64,000 bases of DNA from Parvicellaceae bacterium. Its GTDB lineage: Bacteria > Bacteroidota > Bacteroidia > Flavobacteriales_D > Parvicellaceae. Positions 37,967 through 49,169 of this stretch are shown here, piece by piece. The notes below the pieces were generated by a model. The model was not told where the DNA came from and ran no database searches. It was given only the letters and a program-made list of their open reading frames with translations. The stretch lies in the NCBI GenBank assembly GCA_965230225.1, contig CBDDKM010000002.1:224914-288913 (forward strand), written 5' to 3'. Each line of letters begins with the position of its first letter. Positions within the stretch are counted from its first letter, which is position 1. The position numbers were made by a program, and so were the translations under genes.

Positions 37967-39436
37967 TCATAAGGCAAATTTGTTGCCATACTTATATTTC
38001 AACCAGTTAGAATAGTTAATCAAATCATGGGCCTGCTTAAACTCAGAGTCTTCAATAATCTTAACCATCTCATTTCTTAACGCCTCTTTATCTCCACCTA
38101 AATCCGAATAGATTAACTTGGAAATAATGGTCACCATCGTAAAGTCTCTATCAAAGTCCGGCTCATCAATCAAGCTATCATATTCTTTACGAATGTTCTT
38201 TATCAATAACTCGATGTAATCGTAATCGTCCAACTCAAACCTAATGAGTAATTCTGCAACAGAAATCTTAAGCCTTAAACTCTCTGCCAAAATCGAATAT
38301 CCGTCTTGAATTTTTAGTTTAGACAGGCTTTTTCTTGCCTTTTTAAACTCACCAATATTGAAATAAAGAATCGTAAGATTTGCGTAAACAAAAGTGATAT
38401 TAACAGTGGCTTTTAGAATAACAGGATGCTGCTCAGCTTCACATAATACATCGATAGCTTTATTTGGGTCGGTAGTGGTAAATATGTTTACCTGACTGCT
38501 GTAATAATAAAATAAGTACTTGTCGTAATGGAGCTTATTGAACTCCTCCATTTGTTCGTACAATTTTTTATTAAAGGTTAAAGCCTCATCAAACTTTTGG
38601 TTCTTTACCAAACTGTTTACCAAATAGGTATATATCTGCAATTTAGTATCGTGATTATTCTTTTCGAATAAGTTTTCCTTCTCAAAGGCCAATAAGGTTT
38701 CTTTCAAATAAGCTTCCAGAGAAATAAAGTCCTCATTTTGCAACAAGATCCTACTAATGGCGTGATAAATTCTAAAACGCAAAACAGGATCCTTTCTCAA
38801 TTCATCATCCGAAGCATACTCCTGAATGGTACTGTCCAAAAGACTTAAAATTCCTTCATCTTTTGCCGCATAATTTTGAGACACTTTGATTTTGTATGTT
38901 AATACCGACAGTATCTCATCTATCTTTTGCAAACTCGCCAGGTGTTTCTTGTTTTGCTTTCTTTTTTCAATGTATTCTATGGGATTGATCAAAGCCGACT
39001 CTAACGAAATTTTGATGTAATCAGAGTACAAAATATCCAGCAATTCGTAATTGTGCGTACGCTGAGCTTTATTCTCTGCTTTCCTTAAGTAGGCATAGCA
39101 TAAATCAATGTTTCCTTTAGATCTAAACAGCCTCGCTAAAGAGATTAAATGTAAAATGGTGTTCGATTCCTCCAGATGGAAATGCTGTGCCACCAAACTT
39201 TTGTTAATATCAGTAACCAAACGGTTCTTTAATCGATAAAGCGTGTTTTTTTCCAGACTCCCGTACAACTTTTTCGCAATATCTGCGTCTGACAATTCAG
39301 AGGGTGACTTCCTGATTAAATCAAATAACAAGATGTCCTTTCTGCTTTTAGAAGGATTGGTTCGATTGAGGAACAACTTAACATTTCGCACCTCTTCTTT
39401 ACTAAGTCCTTTAATTAAATTATAAATCAGATTCAT
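37967..39436 (-). CDS. hypothetical helical (TPR-like) protein
   Basis: Long all-alpha-looking ORF. No catalytic motif recognised. Confidence 0.4.
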   Translation of the reverse strand: MNLIYNLIKGLSKEEVRNVKLFLNRTNPSKSRKDILLFDLIRKSPSELSDADIAKKLYGSLEKNTLYRLKNRLVTDINKSLVAQHFHLEESNTILHLISLARLFRSKGNIDLCYAYLRKAENKAQRTHNYELLDILYSDYIKISLESALINPIEYIEKRKQNKKHLASLQKIDEILSVLTYKIKVSQNYAAKDEGILSLLDSTIQEYASDDELRKDPVLRFRIYHAISRILLQNEDFISLEAYLKETLLAFEKENLFEKNNHDTKLQIYTYLVNSLVKNQKFDEALTFNKKLYEQMEEFNKLHYDKYLFYYYSSQVNIFTTTDPNKAIDVLCEAEQHPVILKATVNITFVYANLTILYFNIGEFKKARKSLSKLKIQDGYSILAESLRLKISVAELLIRFELDDYDYIELLIKNIRKEYDSLIDEPDFDRDFTMVTIISKLIYSDLGGDKEALRNEMVKIIEDSEFKQAHDLINYSNWLKYKYGNKFAL

Positions 39437-39537
39437 ATTTTGAACGCGTAAGATTTATACGAAGTTAAGTATTTTATTTTTTACTTCTAACGTAAGTTTA
39501 CTGTTGCAAAGTATTTCTAACACAGAAAAACAAGCTC

Positions 39538-40203
39538 ATGAAAAACTCAATACTACTAACACTACTTTTTGGTCTGATTAACATCGGAACATTTGCTCAA
39601 CAGCATTTATTCATCAGTGCTAACACCATTCCTGATACCGTAACCATTGATAACTCCATTTCCTTTACAGTTACCGTGGATCTTACCCAAGGTGGTGATT
39701 CTCTTCTATCCAGCGATGTCATCATCAACATAGGAAGAATAGTACCTGTCAACACAGTAGATCCGCTTATGGTAGACACCATTTCTTCTGCTACCATTTT
39801 ACCCGGCCTTACCGCAACTAAAACCATTACCTACGATTTCCCTTCGGCCAAGTTCATGCCTGGAAACAACAATACCATTGTAGTTTGGCCTGCTCATCAG
39901 GACTTTGAAAGTGATACACTTTACAAAAACATTTACGGCATTGAAGCTACTTCCATTAACGAGTTTACAGAAGTAATCATCGAATCATACCCTAACCCAA
40001 CAACAGATTACTTACACATTAACTGGAACGATCCATCATTAAACCCAATTGCCATTAACGCCTTTAACATGAATGGTCAGTTGGTAAGAAAATACCGGCC
40101 AAATAGTTTACTACACGTGGCAGATTTACCACTTGGCAGCTATTTGTTCAACATAGAATTTGAGAATGGCTTACAAAAAACATTCAAAGTTTTGATTCGC
40201 TGA
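39538..40203 (+). CDS. small secreted protein with T9SS C-terminal sorting domain
   Basis: Signal peptide and a C-terminal IIESYPNPTTDYLHINWN...GSYLFNIEFENGLQKTFKVLI (type A CTD pattern). Confidence 0.65.
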   Translation: MKNSILLTLLFGLINIGTFAQQHLFISANTIPDTVTIDNSISFTVTVDLTQGGDSLLSSDVIINIGRIVPVNTVDPLMVDTISSATILPGLTATKTITYDFPSAKFMPGNNNTIVVWPAHQDFESDTLYKNIYGIEATSINEFTEVIIESYPNPTTDYLHINWNDPSLNPIAINAFNMNGQLVRKYRPNSLLHVADLPLGSYLFNIEFENGLQKTFKVLIR

Positions 40204-40287
40204 ATTTAGATTTAGGCAGGAATCTGTGCTCCTAAATGTTGGAACTTTTCTGGAATAAATGTATTTTCAGGCCCTCTAGAGAAGTTC

Positions 40288-42228
40288 ATGAGTAATAAGC
40301 CACTATTAGAAATTAAAAATCTGACCACTGAATTCCGAACAGAATCGGGAACAGTAAAAGCGGTTGATAACATTAGTTTTACCCTACACAGGGGGAAAAC
40401 CATTGGAATAGTTGGTGAGTCCGGATCTGGGAAATCGGTTACTTCGTTATCTGCAATGCGTTTGGTGGCATCACCTCCGGGTAGAATTGTGAATGGAAAA
40501 ATTCTTTACCATAGCGACGACTATGAAGTAGATTTTGCAAATATTTCTGAAAGCCAAATGAGGAAATTTCGTGGAAACGAAATTGCCATGATCTTTCAGG
40601 AACCTATGACTTCTCTTAACCCTGTATATACCTGTGGGCAACAGGTAATGGAAGCCATTACTCTCCACCAGGAAAACTTATCGGGGCAATCAAAATTCAA
40701 AGACATATTGGAAAGTGGACTTTCTATCGTTTTAAATTCGATTATTCCACTAGCTAAAATAGCCACTTTGGGCTTAGTTCCTCCTTTTAGAAAAAAATGG
40801 CTAACCAAAAAGAAAAGAGAAGCCAAGAAAAGAACCATAGAACTGTTCGAAAAAGTTAAACTTCCAAGGCCGGAAGCCATATTCGACAGTTACCCTCATC
40901 AACTTTCCGGAGGACAAAAACAAAGGGTTATGATTGCCATGGCTCTATCTTGTAACCCTTCCATTTTGATTGCTGATGAGCCAACTACAGCACTGGATGT
41001 AACCGTTCAGAAAACCATACTTAAACTAATGCAGGAACTGCAGAATGAGTTTGACATGGGAATTCTGTTCATTACACATGATTTAGGAGTAATTGCTGAA
41101 TTGGCAGACGAGGTCGTGGTTATGTACAAAGGTAAGTTGGTGGAACAAGGAAATGTGTTGGACATTTTTACCAATCCAAAACATCCTTATACCAGAGGAT
41201 TATTAGCTTGTAGACCTCCATTGGACATTCGAGTAAGAGAGCTTCCTACCCGTAAGTATTTCATGACCGAAAACGAGAAGGGTGAAATGGTGGAAACCGA
41301 CAAAACCGTTCAAGAGGTTATTCAGGAGCTCGAGATTACAGGAAAAGAGTTGGCCATCAGGCACGATATTGTTTACAATCAGGACCCGTTGTTGGAGGTT
41401 AAAAATCTGAAAACTTATTTCCCACTTAAGAAATCATTCTTAGGAAAGGTTCAAAGTTGGGTAAAGGCGGTAGACGATGTAAGCTTTGAAGTATACCCAG
41501 GCGAAACGCTTGGTTTAGTTGGTGAATCTGGTTGTGGTAAAACCACATTGGGAAGAACCATTTTAAAACTTATCGAACCTACCGAAGGGAAGATTCTATT
41601 TAATGGAAGAGACATCAGCGGACTTTCTGCTTCACAAATGAGGCCATTAAGAAGAGATGTTCAAATCATTTTCCAGGACCCGTACTCATCCCTTAACCCT
41701 AGAATTACAATTGGAGAAGCCATCGTAGAACCAATGAGAGTTCATGGAGTGTGCGACAGCGAATTACAACGTAAGCAAGAAGTAATTGAACTGCTTAAGA
41801 AAGTAGGTCTTTCCGAAGATCACTTCTACCGTTATCCGCATGAATTTTCCGGTGGACAACGGCAAAGAATCTGCATTGCAAGAGCCATTGCTTTGAGACC
41901 TAAATTCATTATTTGTGACGAGTCTGTTTCTGCATTGGATGTATCAGTTCAGGCTGATGTGCTAAACTTGCTAAACGAATTAAGAGATGAATTAGGATTG
42001 ACTTACATCTTTATTTCGCATGATCTTTCGGTGGTTAAATTTATGAGCGATCGTATGATCGTAATGAACAAAGGGAAAATTGAAGAGGCAGGAATTGCTG
42101 ATGAAATTTATGCTAACCCTAAATCGGATTACACCAAAACCCTTATTAACTCTATTCCAAAGGGGAGAATTGAGGACATTAAAGCCAACCTCAACAGAGA
42201 TAGAACTACCAATAGTTCAGTTGCTTAG
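40288..42228 (+). CDS. ABC transporter ATP-binding protein with two fused ATPase domains (oligopeptide/dipeptide DppD/F, GsiA/YejF-like)
   Basis: Two Walker A motifs ([16 protein letters not shown]), two LSGGQ signatures ([16 protein letters not shown]) and the oligo_HPY-type motif [10 protein letters not shown]. No permease is adjacent. Confidence 0.85.
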   Translation: MSNKPLLEIKNLTTEFRTESGTVKAVDNISFTLHRGKTIGIVGESGSGKSVTSLSAMRLVASPPGRIVNGKILYHSDDYEVDFANISESQMRKFRGNEIAMIFQEPMTSLNPVYTCGQQVMEAITLHQENLSGQSKFKDILESGLSIVLNSIIPLAKIATLGLVPPFRKKWLTKKKREAKKRTIELFEKVKLPRPEAIFDSYPHQLSGGQKQRVMIAMALSCNPSILIADEPTTALDVTVQKTILKLMQELQNEFDMGILFITHDLGVIAELADEVVVMYKGKLVEQGNVLDIFTNPKHPYTRGLLACRPPLDIRVRELPTRKYFMTENEKGEMVETDKTVQEVIQELEITGKELAIRHDIVYNQDPLLEVKNLKTYFPLKKSFLGKVQSWVKAVDDVSFEVYPGETLGLVGESGCGKTTLGRTILKLIEPTEGKILFNGRDISGLSASQMRPLRRDVQIIFQDPYSSLNPRITIGEAIVEPMRVHGVCDSELQRKQEVIELLKKVGLSEDHFYRYPHEFSGGQRQRICIARAIALRPKFIICDESVSALDVSVQADVLNLLNELRDELGLTYIFISHDLSVVKFMSDRMIVMNKGKIEEAGIADEIYANPKSDYTKTLINSIPKGRIEDIKANLNRDRTTNSSVA

Positions 42229-42327
42229 AAATTGGCAAGTTAACCTCGTGTTAAATTATTTTAAATTAAATGTACCTATTGCTTGTTATTCCATGGGTTT
42301 ATCGATCTTTGCGGCAGATTTTAACAC

Positions 42328-43026
42328 ATGAATAACGCACTTAAACACCTTTGGGGTAAATTAGGATTGAGGTATCAATCTCACCCATGGCACGGAATAC
42401 ATATTGGAGAAGATGCTCCTGAAACAGTAATGTCTTTCATCGAAATGACTCCACACGATTCCGTAAAGTATGAAATAGATAAAGAATCGGGATTCATTAA
42501 AGTGGACCGTCCGCAAAAATTCTCGAACATTGTACCTGCATTGTACGGATTTGTTCCTCAAACCTATTGTGCCGAGGAAGTAGCAGAATACTGTATGGAA
42601 AAAAGTGGAAGAACAGGAATCCTTGGAGATGCTGACCCACTTGATATTTGTGTACTAACCGAAAGAAACATTACACACGGAAACATCATCGTTCCTGCTA
42701 TTCCTATTGGAGGGTTTAGAATGATTGATGATGGTGAAGCTGACGATAAGATTATTGCTGTTCTTAAAGGAGATGAAGTATACGATTCGTGGAACGATAT
42801 TAGCGATTGCCCAAAATCCATTATCGATAGAATAAAACATTACTTCTTAACTTATAAAAACATCCCGGGAGAGTCTCAGGATAAGGTATACATCGACGCC
42901 ATTTATGGTAAAGAAGATGCCATGGAAGTAATTAGAAGAAGCCAGATAGATTACGAAAAACACTTCGGAATTATCGAAGATGAGCTTTCTAAAGCTACTA
43001 TTGGAGTTATCCGATCTGGAGAGTAG
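42328..43026 (+). CDS. ppa: inorganic pyrophosphatase (family I)
   Basis: VKYEIDKESGFIKVDR...PALYGFVPQTYC...GDADPLDICVL matches the family I PPase signature (DxDPxD). Confidence 0.85.
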   Translation: MNNALKHLWGKLGLRYQSHPWHGIHIGEDAPETVMSFIEMTPHDSVKYEIDKESGFIKVDRPQKFSNIVPALYGFVPQTYCAEEVAEYCMEKSGRTGILGDADPLDICVLTERNITHGNIIVPAIPIGGFRMIDDGEADDKIIAVLKGDEVYDSWNDISDCPKSIIDRIKHYFLTYKNIPGESQDKVYIDAIYGKEDAMEVIRRSQIDYEKHFGIIEDELSKATIGVIRSGE

Positions 43027-43077
43027 GATCAATTTAACATTATTAGTACATTAGAGGAGAATTACCAATCGTTCTCT

Positions 43078-44205
43078 ATGGAAACGCTTCTCGAAAAAAT
43101 CAAAGCCTCTACTCAGGATGGATCTCCCAGTGTAACTCAATTAATTGAATTACAGGAGCTAGCTCGTACTCTAAAGGTTACTAAAAGTCAGTTGGATAAA
43201 CTTATTGAACAAGAAATCCAGGCTAACAAAGAAGTTAAAGAGGAGAAAAAGGAAGAGCACACCAGAGAAGATTACGACGCTAACCGAACTGATTTTGGTT
43301 CGGCCAGAAATTCGTTTGAAGAGGAGATGAACCAAAGGAGACAAGAGGTCTCATCTTCCTTTGATCGCGAAGAAATTGTATTCGATCGTCCAGAGATTAC
43401 CTTCGACCCTGTTGAGGTAAATTTTGACACTCCTGAACCGGAAATTGAGAAGAAAGAACCGGAACCAATTTCACCACCTGAACCGATAGTTGAAGAGACT
43501 TCTGAACCTATCGAAAACATTGAAAGTTTTACTCAACATGTGGTAGAAGAAGTTGAGGAAGAGGTTCAAAAATTCCAGCAAGGAGAAATAAGTCATACTG
43601 AACTGGAAGAAACCATTAAAAACCTTTCAGAAGAAACGAATCAATTTCAACAAGAACTGGAAAACCAGCAAGAGGAATTAGAATACATTGTTGGAGAGGA
43701 AGAAACTTACGAAAACAAAGAAGAAGACCTTGGGTTGGATGAACATGATGGCTTCCTATCGGATTTCATTAAACACCGTGAAAGAGAACTTAGAAATGAG
43801 GTTAATAGAGAAGAAGAGCCTGTTGAAGAACCACAGGAAGAGCCAGAACCATATAGGGAGGAACGCTCCTACGAGCCTGAGCCTTCGAGAGAAAGTTTGT
43901 ACAACAATTCCAACTCTAAAGCAGCATTTAAACAGGACCTGGAAGATGATCAAAAGATATTCTTTATGGGTATTGGATCCATTATCCTTCCATTTATCTT
44001 CGGAGTTATTGGAGGAGCACTAGGAATTTACACCTTATCTCTGGTTAGAAAAGCGGAAGAGAATTACAACTTAGCTCCTAACAGCTACCACGACGATTCC
44101 TTTAAAAAAGTAAAGTCTGGTAAAACCATGGCTGTGATTGGGGTGGTAATTGCAGCCTTAAGATTACTGTCTTTTATTACAATGTTCTTAAGACTAGGAT
44201 TCTAA
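43078..44205 (+). CDS. acidic (Glu-rich) coiled-coil protein with C-terminal two-TM DUF4190-like anchor
   Basis: About 280 aa of E/Q-rich low complexity, then IFFMGIGSIILPFIFGVIGGALGIYTLSLV...TMAVIGVVIAALRLLSFI. Confidence 0.4.
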   Translation: METLLEKIKASTQDGSPSVTQLIELQELARTLKVTKSQLDKLIEQEIQANKEVKEEKKEEHTREDYDANRTDFGSARNSFEEEMNQRRQEVSSSFDREEIVFDRPEITFDPVEVNFDTPEPEIEKKEPEPISPPEPIVEETSEPIENIESFTQHVVEEVEEEVQKFQQGEISHTELEETIKNLSEETNQFQQELENQQEELEYIVGEEETYENKEEDLGLDEHDGFLSDFIKHRERELRNEVNREEEPVEEPQEEPEPYREERSYEPEPSRESLYNNSNSKAAFKQDLEDDQKIFFMGIGSIILPFIFGVIGGALGIYTLSLVRKAEENYNLAPNSYHDDSFKKVKSGKTMAVIGVVIAALRLLSFITMFLRLGF

Positions 44206-44262
44206 TTTCTTAGGGTTTAGGTATAACCTTTGCAAGTGTCCTTACGTTAAGGAGTTTCTGCA

Positions 44263-45666
44263 ATGGGAAAATTAAAACTAATCATACTATTCCTTCTGGG
44301 GTGGTGTATGTTCGGACATGCACAAACAGTTTTTCTGGGAAAACCGTACGATCTTGGAATCATCGATAAATCGTCTCAACGTTATGTGGACATCCCCATT
44401 AAAAACACGAGCGATAAAAAAGTATTCATTTTTCGGGCAGATGTAGACGACCGCTTTTTTGTTCGGTATTCCAGTAAAGAAATAAAGCCGGATAGTACAG
44501 TGTACATGAGGGTTCAGTTTACTCCCACTCAAAAAGGTATCATCAACGAAGAAATTAAGGTACACTTTAGTTGCTATACTGAACCCAAGACAGTGAAAAT
44601 TAATGGGTATACTCAGGAGGTTCCCAACAATCAAATATCCTGTCCGCACTTTAATGAACAAAGTGTAAATACTTCGCTCGATTTTGAATTCGAGGTAAAA
44701 GTAATCGACAAACAAACACGCGAACCTATCCCAAAGGCCAATGTACTAATGATTCATAACGGAATACCTGCTCATGAGCTAACCACTAATTTTAAAGGAG
44801 AAGCAGAAAAAGTTGTGGAGCTTGGATTGTACTATTTCGTTACCACAGCAGATACTTATCTACCAAAAGAATTTCCAAAGTATATCAATAGAAACAACAA
44901 CTATGTACTGGTGGAGCTAGAAAAAGACCCTAATGAAGAAATCATAACAGAGGTTATAGATGAACCGGAACCTGAGCCAGACCCTGAACCAGTTCCGGAA
45001 GATACAATTACAGACATTGCCATTACAATTCCAGATGAGCCGGACTCCTCTACGGTGGAAATTATTGAACCTCCAATTACGCATGAAGAGCTTTACCCCG
45101 ACTTTCCTCTATCGAAGTACAAGCCTACCAATGTGGTATTCCTTGTAGACGTTTCCAGTTCGATGCTTTATACAGGAAAACTTGATCTGCTAAAAGCTGC
45201 TATGATTGAATTAACTGGCATGTTACGACCAGTAGACAAGATAACTCTAGTTTCGTATGCAAGTAATGCTAAGGTACTGTTAGAAACCATGCCTGGTGAT
45301 GATCACGACAGTATTGTCAGCACCATATCCAGACTAAAAGGAGGTGGTTATACTGCTGGAGGAGAGGGAATGAAATTGGCGTATAAAAAAGCTGAACAAG
45401 CTTTTATAAAAGATGGAAACAACATTGTTATTATGGCCACAGACGGAGGGTTTAACCGTGGAGATGGAAACCCTAAGAAGCTTGCTGCCAAATATCAAAA
45501 AAGATGCATTCCTATTTCGATTATTGGAATCAGAAACAGGCAAATGGAAGAAATGACCTTAAAGAATGTGGTGGACCAAACTTCTGGTGAGTACGTGCGA
45601 ATTGAAACGTATGATGAAGCCAAAGGAGCGCTGATCGACGAGATCAAAAGAAGCGCCAAATGGTAA
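44263..45666 (+). CDS. secreted von Willebrand factor type A (VWA) domain protein
   Basis: The MIDAS-containing block NVVFLVDVSSSM...GGYTAGGEGM...IVIMATDGGFN is canonical VWA. An N-terminal signal peptide and a Pro/Glu-rich linker are present. Confidence 0.75.
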   Translation: MGKLKLIILFLLGWCMFGHAQTVFLGKPYDLGIIDKSSQRYVDIPIKNTSDKKVFIFRADVDDRFFVRYSSKEIKPDSTVYMRVQFTPTQKGIINEEIKVHFSCYTEPKTVKINGYTQEVPNNQISCPHFNEQSVNTSLDFEFEVKVIDKQTREPIPKANVLMIHNGIPAHELTTNFKGEAEKVVELGLYYFVTTADTYLPKEFPKYINRNNNYVLVELEKDPNEEIITEVIDEPEPEPDPEPVPEDTITDIAITIPDEPDSSTVEIIEPPITHEELYPDFPLSKYKPTNVVFLVDVSSSMLYTGKLDLLKAAMIELTGMLRPVDKITLVSYASNAKVLLETMPGDDHDSIVSTISRLKGGGYTAGGEGMKLAYKKAEQAFIKDGNNIVIMATDGGFNRGDGNPKKLAAKYQKRCIPISIIGIRNRQMEEMTLKNVVDQTSGEYVRIETYDEAKGALIDEIKRSAKW

Positions 45667-45785
45667 TCTCCCTATCCAACTGTCAATTAATGTTAAATTA
45701 AACTTTTGGAGCAGATGGTTTGAGCCATCATTCTTCCTCATTGTCGGGAATAAAATTATCTTTGCCGTTCATATTTGAGCGTATT

Positions 45786-47108
45786 ATGGAATTTTGGATC
45801 AAAGCAGCTCAGTTAGTTCTGAGTTTATCGATATTAATTGTACTTCATGAGCTAGGACATTTTATACCAGCTCGTTGGTTCAAAACAAGAGTAGAAAAAT
45901 TCTACTTGTTCTTCGATGCTGGATTTTCTTTATTCAAGTTTAAAAAGGGAGAAACCGAATATGGTATTGGGTGGATTCCACTTGGAGGGTATGTAAAGAT
46001 ATCCGGAATGATCGATGAAAGTATGGATAAGGAGCAGATGGAGAAACCAGCCGAACCGTGGGAATTTCGCTCAAAACCTACCTGGCAAAGGCTAATCATT
46101 ATGATTGGTGGTGTTACCGTTAACCTTATTCTTGGGTTCATGATTTACATGATGATCTTGTTTGTTTGGGGAGAGAAATACATTACTCCTTCAGAAATGG
46201 ATCACGGATACAACGTTGCTCAGGAACTGGAGCAATACGGTTTTCAAGATGGAGATAAAGTACTTAAAGTAGAGGGTGAAGAATTGGACAATGCCTACGA
46301 CCTGGATAAAATGATTATGCTTCGTGGAGCAAGAGAGCTATATGTAGAGCATCCTAATGGAGAAACGGAAACCATTACTCTTCCGGAAGACATCGATTAT
46401 ACCCTTTTCCAAAAAGACCAAAGATCATTTACACTTCGCGTTACCCCATTAATCGACACGGTGGTGGCGGATTCGCCGGCAGAAAAAGGAGGACTACTAA
46501 AATACGATTCTATCGTTGCAGTTAACGGCCAGAACATAGCTTACTGGGATGAGTTTACAGATGTACTTCCTGATTTTAAAAATGATACCATTACGCTAGA
46601 TGTAGTAAGAGGAACCGAGACTGTTCATTTATCCGTTAAAACAGATAGCCTTGGAAAAATTGGTGTTGCACCAGAGGGGAAATTCAATCGTCTATACGAC
46701 ATTCACCAACGAGACTATTCTTTTGGAGAAAGTATCACAGCAGGATTTGCATCCGGATACTGGACATTACACGATTATGTTGCTCAGATGAAATTTGTTT
46801 TCACCTCAAAAGGATCTACCTCAATTGGTGGTTTTGGAGCCATTGGAGGCTTGTTTACTCCTAAATGGGACTGGAGACACTTCTGGCAAACTACAGCTCT
46901 TTTAAGCATCATGTTAGCGTTTATGAACATCTTACCAATTCCTGCACTGGATGGTGGACATGTAATGTTCTTAACCTACGAAATGATATCTGGTAAACCA
47001 CCTAGCGACAAGTTCCTTACCAGAGCTCAAATAGTTGGTATGATCCTATTAATCAGTCTATTGCTATATGCCAATGGATTGGATATTTACCGCTGGATAT
47101 TTGGGTAG
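45786..47108 (+). CDS. rseP: RIP zinc metalloprotease RseP (site-2 protease, M50 with PDZ)
   Basis: HELGHF zinc motif in the first TM, PDZ-like middle region, and a C-terminal LNILPIPALDGG motif. The start was set at the internal ATG (MEFWIKAAQ...). Confidence 0.85.
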   Translation: MEFWIKAAQLVLSLSILIVLHELGHFIPARWFKTRVEKFYLFFDAGFSLFKFKKGETEYGIGWIPLGGYVKISGMIDESMDKEQMEKPAEPWEFRSKPTWQRLIIMIGGVTVNLILGFMIYMMILFVWGEKYITPSEMDHGYNVAQELEQYGFQDGDKVLKVEGEELDNAYDLDKMIMLRGARELYVEHPNGETETITLPEDIDYTLFQKDQRSFTLRVTPLIDTVVADSPAEKGGLLKYDSIVAVNGQNIAYWDEFTDVLPDFKNDTITLDVVRGTETVHLSVKTDSLGKIGVAPEGKFNRLYDIHQRDYSFGESITAGFASGYWTLHDYVAQMKFVFTSKGSTSIGGFGAIGGLFTPKWDWRHFWQTTALLSIMLAFMNILPIPALDGGHVMFLTYEMISGKPPSDKFLTRAQIVGMILLISLLLYANGLDIYRWIFG

Positions 47109-47200
47109 TTTTCAACTCCCACACATTAACAAGTAACTCCTTCTTACTCAGAAGTTAAACGTGTTGTCTGTAATTTTGAATTACATTGAACAACTAGCGT

Positions 47201-48133
47201 ATGCGTTACATTTTACCCATCCTCTTAATCATACCCTTCCTTTCCCTGGGGCAAGATAAAGTGCCACAAAAGAAAACTGATCAAGAAGTCTATAATGAAG
47301 GACGAGATAGTCATTCCAAAGTACTGATCATTCCATTTGAACCTAAAATGTACATTTCCAGTGCCGATAAGGACATATCCATGCACACTGGACTAAATCA
47401 TCAGCAAATAAGAGATAATATGCGTTATGGTATCTCCGATCACATGTTAAGATCAGTGGGAGGAAACCTAAAGGCAGTTTCTTTGCTTCATCTGGATACC
47501 GGTTCTGTAGCTCAGGACCTCAACTATATCTACAACTCCATCGGATATAAATACAAAGACCTACCGATAGAGGATGTAGAACAAGCAAAAAAGGCCGAAG
47601 AAGACTCAAAGGCCATCAATAAAGTAAAAGGGCAGTTTAACAAACTCATTAAGAAAGATGAAAAAGCGACTGCTGAAGAATCGGGCTCAAGAATTAAGGA
47701 TGGACAAATACATACGGTTAGAGATAACCGCGAGAAGTTCATGAACACCAGCATCCACAATCCTAACTTACTAAAAACCATTGGAGCAAGGTACGAGGCT
47801 GATGTATTTCTCTTCATCAATGAATTGGACATAGAAGAAGCTGCAGAAGGAGATCGAGTTGGTTTATCCAGTTTATCTTACAAAAGAAAAGTTAAAATGC
47901 ATTACACCATCTTTGATATTAATGGTAAAGAAATACATGGAGGTGCAGCTATGGTATATATGCCTGCACACACTAACGATATGAATCGTATCATTAATGG
48001 ATATTTTCCCAAAATTGGAGAATCCATGTCCGGCCATTTACCTGCTGCACACACTTCTAAAGAAGATCAACAGCTACAAAAAGAACAAGAGCAAAAGGCA
48101 GAAGAGCAACGTAGTGAAATCGAGAAACTATAA
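47201..48133 (+). CDS. hypothetical secreted protein with K/E-rich C-terminus
   Basis: Signal peptide. No motif recognised. Confidence 0.4.
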   Translation: MRYILPILLIIPFLSLGQDKVPQKKTDQEVYNEGRDSHSKVLIIPFEPKMYISSADKDISMHTGLNHQQIRDNMRYGISDHMLRSVGGNLKAVSLLHLDTGSVAQDLNYIYNSIGYKYKDLPIEDVEQAKKAEEDSKAINKVKGQFNKLIKKDEKATAEESGSRIKDGQIHTVRDNREKFMNTSIHNPNLLKTIGARYEADVFLFINELDIEEAAEGDRVGLSSLSYKRKVKMHYTIFDINGKEIHGGAAMVYMPAHTNDMNRIINGYFPKIGESMSGHLPAAHTSKEDQQLQKEQEQKAEEQRSEIEKL

Positions 48134-48307
48134 GTAGTTACTAACATTTTGAAGAAATGACCACAGAACCAAACTTTTGGTTTAACTACTTTAATTTTTT
48201 GATAAATGAATCTATGCCTTGACTTTAAGCCATTTCTGGCCCCGTATTTGTTAAAAACTATAATAACAAAGCGTAACAAAATGCGTTACATTAGTTATAC
48301 CTAAACC

Positions 48308-48547
48308 GTGATGGATCAATTTAACACCATATTTAATAAACATTGCAGGTTCCGATTAAAGTCCGGAAAAGAAGTGTTTGGTATCCTATGGAAAGTTAAT
48401 TCTAATGGTGAAAGCAACTACTATTTTACAGCTGCTTCTCTTAAATCCAGAGTAGAATCTTCTCACAACAGGTTTGAGCTACTTCAAAACACAGGTACAC
48501 TTATTGATTTAAGTGATATTATTCTTGCCGAAAAGCTAGCTTCTTAG
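48308..48547 (+). CDS. small hypothetical protein
   Basis: ORF only. Confidence 0.25.
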   Translation: MMDQFNTIFNKHCRFRLKSGKEVFGILWKVNSNGESNYYFTAASLKSRVESSHNRFELLQNTGTLIDLSDIILAEKLAS

Positions 48548-48559
48548 CACTTTTACTAC

Positions 48560-49003
48560 ATGTCCAACTTGAAAAAAAGCCTATCTACGGGTATTGTTTC
48601 TGGGGTAATCTTCGGAACTGCATTTGCATTATTTGCAAAAATTCTGGGAGATGAGCTTGGGATAATTCAGGATGTTTATATTGGATTCGGGATTACCTTT
48701 CTTATGAAAGTTGGTACACTGATGTTAAGTAACAGGTACTTAAAGAATCATTGCAACTACACTCATAAGCTTGTTTCAAATCTACTGGGAAGCTTAATTG
48801 CAATACTCACTTTCATAATAGTGATATCCGTTTTTTTCGTGGATCGATTCCCAGACTACTCAACATTTATAGAAATTGTAGTAGTGGGATGGGGAGTTCA
48901 AATTCCTCTGGATGCTATTATTCCATTGTTCTACAAAAAGAAATCGGACACTAAAATAACGGAAGAAAAAATCCTCGATGACATTGATTTTCAGGACCGT
49001 TAA
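48560..49003 (+). CDS. hypothetical membrane protein (~4 TM)
   Basis: Hydrophobic segments. Follows the previous small ORF by 12 bp. Confidence 0.35.
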   Translation: MSNLKKSLSTGIVSGVIFGTAFALFAKILGDELGIIQDVYIGFGITFLMKVGTLMLSNRYLKNHCNYTHKLVSNLLGSLIAILTFIIVISVFFVDRFPDYSTFIEIVVVGWGVQIPLDAIIPLFYKKKSDTKITEEKILDDIDFQDR

Positions 49004-49169
49004 CAAATAATTAACAATTGGCATGGTACTTGTTGCTTTTTAAGTGAATCAATTGCCATGATTCGTACTATTTTTTTGATGATGCCCGGAGGAATTTTTC
49101 TCCGGGTATTTTTATGCATAAAAAAAGCCCCATCGGTATGATGAGGCTTTGTATATAGTTAAGACTATA

